A DNA stretch of 64,000 bases from Neoechinorhynchus agilis (taxonomy: Eukaryota; Animalia; Acanthocephala). The stretch covers positions 1,798,001 through 1,862,000 of the forward strand of contig CM121341.1 of NCBI GenBank assembly GCA_051530055.1, written 5' to 3'. Below, piece after piece: positions 12,991 through 24,040 of the stretch (position 1 is the stretch's first letter; the number at the start of each line of letters is the position of its first letter). The notes beneath the pieces are model-generated. The model was not told the origin of the DNA and made no database searches. It saw nothing but the letters and a program-made list of their open reading frames with translations. The position numbers were made by a program, and so were the translations under genes.

Positions 12991-13069
12991 GATCTTGAGC
13001 ATTGAACGCTGACCAGCGCTTTCCCTGACTGAAATCGGTGGATTGTGTGTCCATTCAGCCGTGCGACAG

Positions 13070-13500
13070 TGAATGAATTGTTTGCGGTTGTGAAGATAAG
13101 ATTCGAGCCAGGAAATCTGCCAAAAAATTTTGGACCAAAATCAGAGCAGCCTCGGAGAAGGATCGAAAGGTCGACGAAGTCGAATGCTTTCGATAAATCC
13201 AGTTGAATGAGACGGGCGACGTGGAAGGTTACATAAGAGCGTGCCGTAAATACAAAATAAGGCATCCATTAATGAAAATCTGGGTCGGAAGCCGAATTGT
13301 AGGGGCGATAAATTGTTGTTGAGAAGTGGAGGGAGGTGAAATGTAAACCTTTTTCGATAATTTTACAAATAGCGGGCAGGATGGATATTGGTCGATGGTC
13401 AGTACAATGTTTTCGCAACACGTGGTTGTGGCGGAGGCTGGTAAGCGGCAACCCAATACAATGATGACCTCTGATTCTTCATGTACATCCAACCTTATCA
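13070..13500 (-). mobile_element. APE-type LINE (family 2) RT fragment, frameshifted
   Basis: HRPISILPAICKIIEK, LDLSKAFDFVD, WLESYLHNRKQF. Confidence 0.8.
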
Positions 13501-13605
13501 ACTATGTCCGACCCAACTCGAAGGACCCTCTTTATCTGGAGCTCCCAATAAAAAGATAGTCATAAATTATAGCTCTCAAGTTGAATCCCATGATGCCTAG
13601 AGACA

Positions 13606-14068
13606 TTTTTTTAAGTTTTACTGGCAAGCCGGTATTGTTGTCACCATTCAATTTTAGTCAATCCCTTTCTTGTCCGGCTTATGTATTTAGGCATAAAGCC
13701 AAACCAATTACATCAGAGAAGTGATATAACCACATAGTCTCTAATGCACGGTTAAGAGTTTGTACATTCCTCCGGATCCTCAGATACCTCCAGGAGGCGG
13801 GACTCATCAGTGAGTTTCCTCCCTTCAGCGGTATTTCGTCCCCTTTGGCTGTGCGTCATTGGTGGTAACGGATTCGAACCACTTGACCCCTAATCGGGAT
13901 CACGGGCATTAGTCCACTTGAACACCTCGACACAACTACGAAATGTCAAACTCAGCCAGTTTATCGACTCAGGGTGAGCGCTGTGTTTTATTTTTAAGTT
14001 TCACTGGCAAGCCGGTATTGCTATCATCATTAAATTTTAGTCTATCCCTTTCTTGTCCGGCTTATGTT
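13606..14068 (-). mobile_element. tRNA-headed repeat, copy 2: one full ~383-bp monomer preceded by the 3' end of another monomer
   Basis: Minus strand: head TGTTCAAGTGG...GGTTCGAATCC...CACCA (13926-13860), hammerhead, A-rich end cttgccagtaaaacttaaaaaaa; direct repeat 13663/14046 gives period 383. Confidence 0.72.
13774..13843 (-). ncRNA. Hammerhead ribozyme, non-circularly permuted strand order, intact core
   Basis: GGGGAC-GAAA-UACC ... GGAAACUCA-CUGAUGA-GUCCC ... GGUAU-C-UGAGGAUCC. Stem II GUCCC/GGGAC, stem III AUACC/GGUAU, stem I CUCA/UGAG plus GGA/UCC. Predicted cleavage after C at 13783. Confidence 0.75.
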
Positions 14069-14069
14069 T

Positions 14070-14219
14070 AACTCACTGATGAGTCCCGCCTCCTGGAGGT
14101 ATCTGAGGATCCGGAGGAATGTACAAACTCTTAACCGACATTAGAGACTTTGTGGTTATATCACTTCTCTGATGTAATTGGTTTGGCTTTATGCCTAAAA
14201 ATAAGCCGGACAAGAAAGG
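14070..14219 (+). repeat. Inverted partial copy of the tRNA-headed monomer (hammerhead lacking its GAAA strand)
   Basis: Near-perfect reverse complement of 13663-13817. Confidence 0.85.
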
Positions 14220-14559
14220 CCTAGAGATAGTTTACATCAACGTTTACTCTCGCCGTGGCTAAAAACTATTTAAGATAACAAGGAACGTATGAAATCGATG
14301 TCCTACATTGCTGGTAACTTAAAAATCTTCTTTATCAAAAGATCGTTCTAACAACATTACATGGAGGAGTGGATATTAGACTATGTTTATTATATCCAGA
14401 ATTCTACCGAATGTGGACAATGAAGATCGAAAGTGTTTTGAGAACAAGTTTAACTGTAAGATTCTATTTTTCCTGAAATCTAAGAAAAGCGGTAATCCGA
14501 TCCCACGTGCTGTGATCAAATCGAGCGCCAAGCAAAGGGAGAAGTTGGCTAGTTGTAAC

Positions 14560-17000
14560 AGTTGCTTTTAAGGAATGGTAGTCAAATTTTACGCAAACCC
14601 TCACTTCTCTGGATGCCGAAAATAGGGACATTGGGCGGAGAAATGTCTCACTGAAAATATAATTTGCCCTTATTGCTCCTTAAATCACTGCTGCGACAAA
14701 TGTCCAAAAACGGCCAAAAATTGTTCGAATTACGGACAGGTAAGACATTACGCCTTTGTCAAATCCTGTCCGGAATTTAATACGTCTTATGATCGCAGCA
14801 AAAACATATCGATCGTGCAATTAAGGGCATTGAATGGCAGATTCGAGGTTTTTAAAAGTTTCAACCCGATCCGCGGACTGTTGTAAATAATGAGGACCGA
14901 AGTGGGGACATTATGACGAAGGTCAGCATGAACACCAGCACTGTGGGCGATCTGTCAAAATGGCAGAATTTACAGCCAACATTATGCAAATAATCGATCT
15001 TCGTATCAGTTCAGCCATACAACATTAAGAGTCTCGACTGTCTAAAAACTTTGACTCGTTGATGGTGGCGATCAACTGCAGCAACCTGGAAGGAATGTGT
15101 CAACTAAAAGATTACGGAAAAAATGGTTATGTTCCTATAACTTCGCCTGTGTTTACAGCGGCCGATGTCGAAATGGATATGTCTGACAACATGAATTTGG
15201 ATAACAATGAGACCTATGTGAAAAGTATCGTTGCTGAAAAAACCAAGATTTGTTCGGGTGGATTACATGGTCTCATTAAGGGTAGAATAGAGAGACGGGC
15301 ATGAGAATGCTGCAATAAAGTGCAAGTGGACGCCAGGGAATTCCCCGATTTCATGGAGATATTTTGATAGCGACATTGTTCTCATTCAGGAAACCAAATC
15401 TATTTTCCATCATCATCTCCCTCTCAACTGTATAAGTTTACCTGATGACTTTGTCGTCTTCATCACTCCGCTCCTCGCTAATCATTCGCAAGGCCTTCTT
15501 TCCATTTTAAAATGTAACCTTTTACTTAAACTAGTCTCAAAATACTTCTATTCTGATTTGGTAAGAAATTCCTTGCCGTTAACACTTACATCCGTTCAAT
15601 TAAAATTCATCTCGGACACGTCAAGGATATTTTAAAGAATCTTTTAACATGCGGCGTGGATATGTTGTTCGGTGACTTCAACGATCCTTCCCATAAATTG
15701 TCTAATGCGATCATCAAAGCCACAGATTCGTATAACATCCTCTTGCATCCACATTCTACATTCGCAGCTGGATCTTCAACTTTCTCATACCTCGATTACT
15801 GCTCCCGGAGGATAGCATGTCTTCTCAAATCCATGACAATATCCCAAACGGAACTTTTTAGATTATCAGGGCGTGGTCTTATTATTTGGGACTGATAAAA
15901 ATATCCTGCTAAATAAAAAATTTAAATTGTCAGCCTCCGCTGAGTCCACTATCGCTTTACGGTAGAAAACTATATGCAGCTCATTCTAAAGGTGATAAGA
16001 CCTTCATCGAATTTTGGTTTTTTCTCTATTGGCCTTGCCGTGCTAGGCACCAAATCAATCAAGAGCGATTGAAAGTATGGCTACTAAAACCCGCCGTAAA
16101 TTCCGACATTGGCAAGTTGGCACAGGTTCAAGAATTCTGGAACTAAGACCGTTTTGAACTCGCTATTTTCACATCCCCAATTTTATTCCAATTTTTCACA
16201 GACGCTTCGACCTGAAAGCAGCTGACATAAGCACCCTTCGTCTTTACCTTTTAAAGCTAAAAATGTCCTCAACAAATCTATTGTTCTAGAACTATCCCAA
16301 CAAATGGTTTCTGCTTCCTTGGAAGATTGGGCTGAACTATATATGTGGCTAAGAGAATCTTTCTATTGAAAGGCAAACGTAGAATTGTTTCTTCAGCATA
16401 CAGAGTCAGACCTATTTCCATTCAAAATTATTTGGTTAGTATCTACGAGGAAGGACTGGTCAGATTTATTTTAGGCTTTGCGCTGGAGCATAATTGCATT
16501 GACCGGCGCTGCTGTGGCTTCATCCCCAAGAAATCTGTGCATACAGCGATACCCAGAAAACTGGATCGATGACCATTTTAATTATTTTTAACATATCGCT
16601 AAAGCAATTGATGACTTTAATCTTGACTATATAGTTAATATTTAAAGATTTTCTAATTTCCCCAAAGACATCATCGGCTGTTTTAAATAACACTTCAAGG
16701 TCCAAGCACTTTTATTTCGAGGACGTCCACAATCCAATGAGAAGGGTGCCCCTCAATTATCCCTTATTTCACTTATCCTCTTTGTTCTGGCATCGCAATG
16801 CATTGTACAAAACGGTCGAATTTGCCACTCGCTAACCATCTATGCCGATGATCTAACCGTAGTGGTCAAGGAAGCCAGTTACATTGCTGCTATCTCCATC
16901 CTGTCCTTACCTTTTACCTTTCTAAATCAAACTCTTAGTAAAATGGGCCTTGCCATCAATCTCAAAGAAAACCAAGGTTATTCTTAAACCCAAATCACAG
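14560..17000 (+). mobile_element. Heavily decayed near-full-length LINE (family 1): ORF1 zinc knuckles, APE and RT
   Basis: GCRK*GHWAEKC and CPYCSLNHCCDKC (~14610-14705); DIVLIQETK, LFGDFN, YLDY (15360-15800); GFIPKKS, KGAPQ, IYADDL (16510-16860); many stops and frameshifts. Confidence 0.7.
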
Positions 17001-17178
17001 GTAAACGGAAAGCGGGAGAATTTTTTGTTCAATTTTACAATTAACTGTACCACCCAACGTTCAGTAAAATTGATATTTTAAGTTTAACTTTCACCACGAA
17101 CCACACCCTGAAAGACGACCTCAATAAATTTATGAAATTGCAGAAAATCGCTCGTTCTAAAGTTGAGGAGTTTATGGG

Positions 17179-17610
17179 TTAGATCAAGGATTCAAGTTGA
17201 CGTAAAGAGGACTCAGGACGAGAAGAACGCGGACGATAGACGCCAGCAATTGTGAATTCTATAAGACCCTCTTCCTTAGAGGAGCTGAGAAATGGACTGC
17301 GATAAATTCTAGATCGGGGTTTTGCCGAGAGCGGCAAGTTTTGAGTTCGATGGAAAGTATTATGTTCAAAAAAAGGGCAATTCAACATGATGGCGGGCCG
17401 CCAAAGACTTTGTCTACGCAACCCTGGTCCCTTCCCTAATTTGACCTCCACTCAATTAAAACATGTTCTAAACTCCATCAATCAGAGCCTGTGCCTCGGC
17501 TCAAATTACAGCCATTGCCCGCCTGAAAAGTGCTAAAGTGATCCTTCTTTTTCCGAAAAATGGGCATCCGATTTCCACCGAATCATTCCGTCCAATATTA
17601 ACAACAATAG
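17179..17610. mobile_element. LINE family 2 fragments in both orientations
   Basis: Minus-strand IEFTIAGVYRPRSSRPESSL (homologous to 34215-34310); plus-strand part matches the reverse complement of 20640-20760 and matches 34480-34545. Confidence 0.65.
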
Positions 17611-18047
17611 ATTTATTCGAAGAAAAGACATGTGCCTGATTACGGATAAATAAACGACATCAATGAATATAAAAAATGATATACATATCACACATCTATC
17701 CATTTCAAAGATTTATCGGCCCATGTTGAGAGCTTGGCCTACTTATAAGGAAGGTTGGATAAGGCGTGGAGAAAGCTGCGTAGAATTGACAGGCGTTTAT
17801 CGGGAGGTCGGCTTCTGGGTATCCCTAACGACCTAAACAGCAACGTTCTTTAAGGTCACATTCCGTGTGTTCATCATAGAATGTAAGATCGTTGCAATCG
17901 AATGAAGGTTGTTTTATTGGTTTTCGTAAATTTGAGTGGTTTTTGTGAAAGCGATCAATGGTTTTTTGATCATGGAACCAGAGAAAAAAGGAACCATTTA
18001 ACGGCAACAAACGCGATCACCATTGCAAATCATTTTATCTTGCGCGA

Positions 18048-18578
18048 ATGTCGGACAAAAGAACCCAATTGAGAATCGATCCAAGAACTGGGGAATACTA
18101 CATTCCTAGTTACCTACGAAGCGATGGAACTTGGACAGAAAGGATCGTCTTCCGACTGGCCAGAATTAACAATGAGCAACAGCGCTCAAATAATACTATA
18201 AGCTCAAATGCCACTATAAATGAAAATTTAAATCATGAATCGCAGCAAAGATCAAACCGAACCAGGAGTGTTCCAAGACCGAATCAAATTAACTATGCAA
18301 ATAGAAATTCTCGTGGATCGGCACCTCTCGCTCGCTATCAACCTGATCGAAGCAAAAATCAAATTTCGAGGAGCAACAGTGCAACATACTCGGTATTTCG
18401 GTCCGAACGCAAAGACCGAAGAACAGCATCCATTAATAATTCAGAGAATAGTGGCACAAATGTCGAAGCTGTACATTCTCAAAATCGTGCCAGGAGTGTA
18501 CAAAGGGTTCTTAAATTCAATTTAGCTCGCGGAAATGGATGCGACGAAATATCATTGTCCACATATCAACAAGAGTGA
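18048..18578 (+). CDS. 176-aa N/R/S-rich ORF with a PYM/WIBG (Mago-binding)-like N-terminus
   Basis: IDPRTGEYYIPSYLRSDGTWTER resembles the PYM motif (TGxxIxxxxRxDGTWRKxRRV), but the following GY(V/T)PQE part is missing; 5' part duplicated at 35260-35712. Confidence 0.4.
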   Translation: MSDKRTQLRIDPRTGEYYIPSYLRSDGTWTERIVFRLARINNEQQRSNNTISSNATINENLNHESQQRSNRTRSVPRPNQINYANRNSRGSAPLARYQPDRSKNQISRSNSATYSVFRSERKDRRTASINNSENSGTNVEAVHSQNRARSVQRVLKFNLARGNGCDEISLSTYQQE

Positions 18579-19619
18579 GGATCACCTACAACGAAGGCTC
18601 ACAATTGGAGTCCATGATGATAGAACAGGCCGAGCGACAAGAAGGGAATGTGATCTTGAAGTTAATAAATAGCGGCTGATATGAATGAAAAAAATATCAA
18701 TCTCGAAAACGAATAGTGGTCCTGAGAAATAAATCTGAAGGAAAAATGTTGGCGACGGAAACAACGGAGCAGCAGAAAACGAGAGCAGAATTCATGGGGA
18801 AATCTGAAGGAAAGACAAATATCAGATCTAACGATAAGACGGGCATTTCTGATTTCACTTCCAAAAAGCCCATTGATTTCGAAACCGATACCTCGAACAG
18901 TGCTTCGTGCAAATATTATTCTTGTTTGTGTAAATATAAATATTTGGGAGATTTTATTGATTATTGTTATTTCTATACTTAAGAATAATATTTTTGCGAG
19001 CAACAGATGGACACTAGAAACTCGTAAAGTAACTCTGCATTTAGACTGGATCCTCTAACCGCGGAATAGCCACTGTCAATTCGAGTAAAGGAAATCCGCA
19101 ACACTCCCAAGAACGAAATTATCTTTACTGTTAGTTGATCAGCCCATGTATTCTGTAGGAGAGCTGATTGATTTATGTTAGAAAAGAACAAAAAGAGAAT
19201 TACAAAAAATGGTAGTCTTGAATAGTTTATGTCGATCATCGCTTATTGCCCATGGAAAACATGATCCGGGGCATGGTTAAATCTGGAAATTTAATAGAGG
19301 GTTTCCAGTTGCTCGATTACGAATTGAACTTCTTTTCGTGGAAAATCCATTAAAATTGTTGGAAATAAGATTGTGCGTCAGTAGAAAGGATAAAAGTCGT
19401 CCTTTCAAGATAGATTCGAGTCTGGAAATTAGGCTGGGACGCTCGAGTTCTGAAAGGAAAAATGAATGTGGTTGTAACGGGTTCGGTCGGGTGGGAATAT
19501 CCGGTCTGGGTATGTCCGTTCTGGTGGGGATTGGTGGTTATTGTTTGTAGGAGAAATTGTGAGGTTGAGTAATTTTAGATGCTCTGTTATAAAACATTTC
19601 AAGACGTCGGATTTGTGCC

Positions 19620-21260
19620 TGGGAAAGGTTGCAAACGATGGGATAACCGTAGCAGAGGGAGGGTAAAGTAAAGCTGTAGTAAAATTTAGAGAGTACGGAT
19701 GAAGGAACTCTACAATGACTGAGACGTTTGAGGAGAAATTTTTTAAAGGTACTGCGTTTGAGGAAAAGTGTAATGTGCGAGTTACATTTCAGATTTGACT
19801 GAAATTGGAGAGTCAGAGTTTGTGATTAGCGCAGTAATCTTTTATGTTTATGATTTCGTTAGGCGTTAAGGAGAGGTGGGATGGTGATTGAGTGATGAGC
19901 GTGATATCGTCGGCATATAAAAAAGTTTAGAGTGAAACGAGCGAGGTTTGAGGTCGTTTAAGAAAATATTAAAAAGAAGTGGTGACAGCGCAGCATTTTG
20001 AGGTACGCCTTTGGTGAGGGATATTCTGATCGAGGACGTAGCCCGACAGTGATACGAGGCCAGCCAGCGGATTTGCCAAACGTTTAGACCGAAATCGGAT
20101 GGTCTACGTATTCGAATGCTTTCGATAAGTCCAGTCGAATGAGATGGGTGACACGAGTGGCATTATTGTCGATGTTCCGTCGCAGCGTGCCGTAAAATAT
20201 AAAATAGGGCATCGGTTGCAGAAAATTTGGGCTGTAAGCCGAATTGTAGGGGCGATAATTTGTTGCTGAGAAGTGGAGAGCGAGATTTAAAACATTTTTC
20301 AATGATTTTTGAAAGAGCGGGTAGAATGGATATTGGACGGAATGATTCCATGGAAATCGGGTGTCCATTTTTCGGAAGAGGAATAACTTTAGCAGTTTTC
20401 CCGCATGATGGGTAGATGACATATAAAAAGCTGTGATCTATAATGTGGGTAAGAGCGTCTATGAGTTCGAGGATGATGCAGCGAGGAGCCCAGTTTGGGA
20501 TCTCGGATTAAGGGGACTAATTTCGACGTAATTTATTGCGATGTTGTATAACTTCGTATGACGAAACTGATCATTGGGGAGTTGACCGAATTGCCAATTG
20601 TGGGGTGACAGTTATTTGTGGAGTCTAAGATGGGGCAATGATTGTAATTTGAGTCAGAGCAGAGGTTCTGATTGATGGAGTCTAGAACATGTTTTAGTTC
20701 AGAAAAGGACAAATTTGGGAAGGGATCAGGGTTGCGTAGACCAAGAGAGTCTTTGACGGTCGGCTACCTTGCTGAATTGCCGCCTGAACGAATTTTGGAC
20801 TAAAGAAAGTTTTTGCTGGCGACAAATGTTTTGTGAGATAGCTCTTTTTGTAAACGGAGAAAGTCTGGAGAGTTATTGCGATGGGCCTTAAATGCTTGCT
20901 TTTGAAGAAGTTTCAAGATGGGGGTTATCCATGGATGGTCACGGTTGGAGATTCTATTGAATTTCTTGGGAATTGGCGAAGGTAGGGAATTTTCTATGAT
21001 TGAGGTTACTGAAGACATGGCCAAGGAAGGATTATTTGTGTTGTCAGAGTGGGACGTGTGGATGTTAGAGTTAAACAATTTTATAAAATTTTGGGTGTGA
21101 TGATCTCGCTTATTCCAGACGGATAAAAGAGGTCGAGGGAGTGACAAAGGCAGAAAAGTGGTCAGAGTTCGCGCGAAAGGGAGTTTAGAGGCGGATGAGT
21201 AGGTGTCGATATTTGCGAACACTTTATCACGACGAGTTGGAAAGTCAATTAGTTGGCGCA
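19620..21260 (-). mobile_element. LINE family 2 remnant (APE-RT linker and RT)
   Basis: FRPISILPALSKIIEK, LDLSKAFEYVD, GVPQN, LYADDI; 19620-20420 is a near-identical inverted copy of 34452-35253. Confidence 0.85.
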
Positions 21261-21728
21261 ACTTGGAGAAGGGATGGCAACAAGTATTTTGTGAGATAGT
21301 AGCTCTTTTTCTTCGATTTTGGAATATTAGTTAAATTTATCTGAAAATAAGATGACATTTTCTTCGGAGAGCAGATAGAAATAATTATTGGCCAGCGAGG
21401 TTGTGACCACTCGGCGAAAAGCACATTTGGGAATATGTTCTAAGAAAAATCTGGCGACCCCAAGAAGGGGAAAGACTGAAGGGACATGGCCGGAATTTCG
21501 AAAAGGGAGCGGATGGAGTCCTTGTAAACTTGCTTAAAGGAATTAGCTTTGGTCACAACCTCGCTGGCCAATAATTGTTTCTATCTGCTCTCCGAAGAAA
21601 ATGTCATCTTATTTTCAGATAAATTTAACTAATATTCCAAAATCGAAGAAAAGGAGCTACTATCTCACAAAATACTTGTTGCCATCCCTTCTCCAAGTTG
21701 CGCCAACTAATTGACTTTCCAACTCGTC
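21231..21728. repeat. Foldback: 179-bp inverted arms (21231-21409 and 21550-21728) with a 140-bp spacer
   Basis: Arms are near-perfect reverse complements (gacgagttggaaagtc...ttgtgacca / tggtcacaa...ccaactcgtc). Confidence 0.9.
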
Positions 21729-22739
21729 TTGACCCTCACCTCGATAAAGTGTTCACAAATATCGACACCAAGATAGCGGCAGAAAGTTGAGCCAAGAAAT
21801 TGCAACTTGGGGATTTAAACACATCGAAGAGATTAGGGCTTGAAAGGTGGCCCCGTGTACCAGCGAGTTTAATTGTTACATTGAAATGTTTTTGAACGTG
21901 CGAGAGAGACTTCATAATCTTAAGACTATCTAGCAATTGTCTTAGGAGAGATGTAAATTCTTGAATTTACCGGGTCCAGCTTAGAGGAGAAGATCAGATA
22001 ATCGTAGCCAACAGTTTTTGATCTGATATTGAACTTGAAGAATGAAGAGTATATCAATATTAAAAAAAATGCAAGCATATTGAAAGGAGTGTTGTTTTTT
22101 GCTAAGTTCTGAAAATAGGGGTGTTCCAGTAGCACAATAACCCAAAATAAAGTCAGGTAATCAATTGATCAACCAGTTTTTATTGACGTTGATAAAAAAG
22201 ACACTTTGCTGGGCACGATTTATTATTAACACATTATAAGATTGATTCTTAGCCATGAAGCAGTCGGAAAAGAGATTTTAATGGCGAAAGTGTCTTTTCT
22301 CGCTTTCAAAATGAGATGAATTAGAAAATATTTTCTTTTAAAGGATTACAGGCCTCCTACAAAACCGAGATTATTATTCGTGGCGAAGGCGGAAAGCATT
22401 GGACGAAATAAGAAGCAACCAAATGTTCCGTTATCTTCAAGAATGGGTTCTTGAAAAGAGTCAAACTTGAAATCCAATTGTAGAAAAGGTTTTTGCCCTC
22501 CACTTCCCACTATATTGAATTTAGTTTGTATAACTTTTTAATAAGAAATGTCGTAAGATGGGTTTTGATTGGGAGATGAGTCTAATAATGGAGTGTTCTT
22601 TTGAAACAGAAACTCAAAGACGAAAAGATGAACCTTGCGGAGCTTTGGCTAAGGACTGTAAAACGACTAAACTCCGTGAGGTTGATCACCCGTCTCACAA
22701 GCACACAACTTGCCTAGAGCCATCTCCATTTGATCCTCA

Positions 22740-22835
22740 AGAGATCCCTTCATCCAGTGGATCAAGTGACCTGAAAATCGAATCGCAATCGCGATACAGC
22801 GAGGGAACGCTGCCAGTATACTAGCAACGTCGGGA
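22740..22835 (+). mobile_element. CRE-clade 3' fragment (third variant)
   Basis: Translates RIAIAIQRGNAASILATS. Confidence 0.6.
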
Positions 22836-23590
22836 TGTTTACAGGAATGAAAAGCGAAATAGTTTCACAAAAAAATAGAATAAATCGATTACTCAAAAAA
22901 AAGATTATATGTTCGCTTTTTCTACAACTGAACAATTTTCACCATCATGGATCCAATTCTGATCTACGCGCATTGTGAGTTTACATTTTAGAAATTAAAT
23001 TTTTTTAAATATATTTATACGGTAACGGAAAACTGTCTCTTTCCCAGAACTCAGTTCTTTTCTTGGGAAATTTTAAAGATCAATGCTTGAGATTGAACAA
23101 AGTCGTCAATTGAAACCAATAGTGTTGATAAATGGGAAAAATAAGCGTCTTAAACAATTTTAATTAGTCTTCATACATGGCCTCTAGAAACCTCGTTTGA
23201 TTATTGGTTTACCTATCTTAATTTTGGTTAACTAAGAATTTTCAGCTGGATTGTCACTAGCTATGGTTACTCGGGGTACCAAAAGTATATTCTAAGAAAA
23301 ATGAAGTTTTAAAACCTCCAATAACATTACCTGATGACCCACTGCCTTCGTCAAAGCTACAATAAAATGGCGACCAAACGTGTTTATTGTAGGCAGCTTC
23401 GCAATACGGTCGACAATGAGTCTCGCCATTAAACTTCAACAAACATTATTCTCGGCACTTGTGGTTGCTGCGTTTGTTTATGGCAGTCTATCATGGTGTT
23501 AACTCATCATTTCTTAGAAGGCCTTACGTTTTAAATTTCATGATTTTCGATATTCTTTATAAATTCTATTTGGTTACTTTTCTTTACATT

Positions 23591-23781
23591 CACCACCTCC
23601 CACCAAATTCCAGCTTTTGTCCTTCCTCGACCGTCGCCATCACGCTGGCAGCATTGCCCCGTTGTACTGCCAGCGAGATATTTTGTCGAAGAAATAAGCC
23701 TGCTCTTGAGTCTCCGGTTGCCTCTCTCAATTTCTTCGAGAGATCCTTGAGCAGAGAGAGTGCCGAGCTGCCGAGCGCTCC
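23591..23781 (-). mobile_element. CRE-clade 3' fragment, close copy of 4400-4590
   Basis: Reverse complement matches the ALGSSALSLL...QRGNAASV...EFGGRW coding DNA. Confidence 0.85.
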
Positions 23782-23881
23782 TCTAACAGTTTAGAGGTAG
23801 AATTCCTGAAGATCAGTAAATAAAAAATTTATCGCTTAAATGCATGAAGTTTTAGTATAACTGAAATTCTATCCAATTGTT

Positions 23882-24040
23882 CCTTCGAGTGGATGTGAAT
23901 TCTCAAAGGGAATTGTAACACACTCGAGTTTTATTGAACTCTTCGTAGTACAAACAATGCTTGAGAAGGAGGCTGAGGCCTTGAAAATTCGCAATGAAGA
24001 GTTCAATAAAACTCGAGTGTGTTACAATTCGCCATTAGAG
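23882..24040. repeat. Dispersed pair of array-A unit fragments in inverted orientation
   Basis: Forward piece at 23882-23944 and reverse-complement piece at ~23971-24040; shared 34-bp arm aattgtaacacactcgagttttattgaactcttc. Confidence 0.85.

Noticed and set aside
13860-13926. Functional tRNA gene
   Set aside because: A and B boxes are present, but it is only ~67 nt with broken acceptor and anticodon arms; treated as a SINE-like head.
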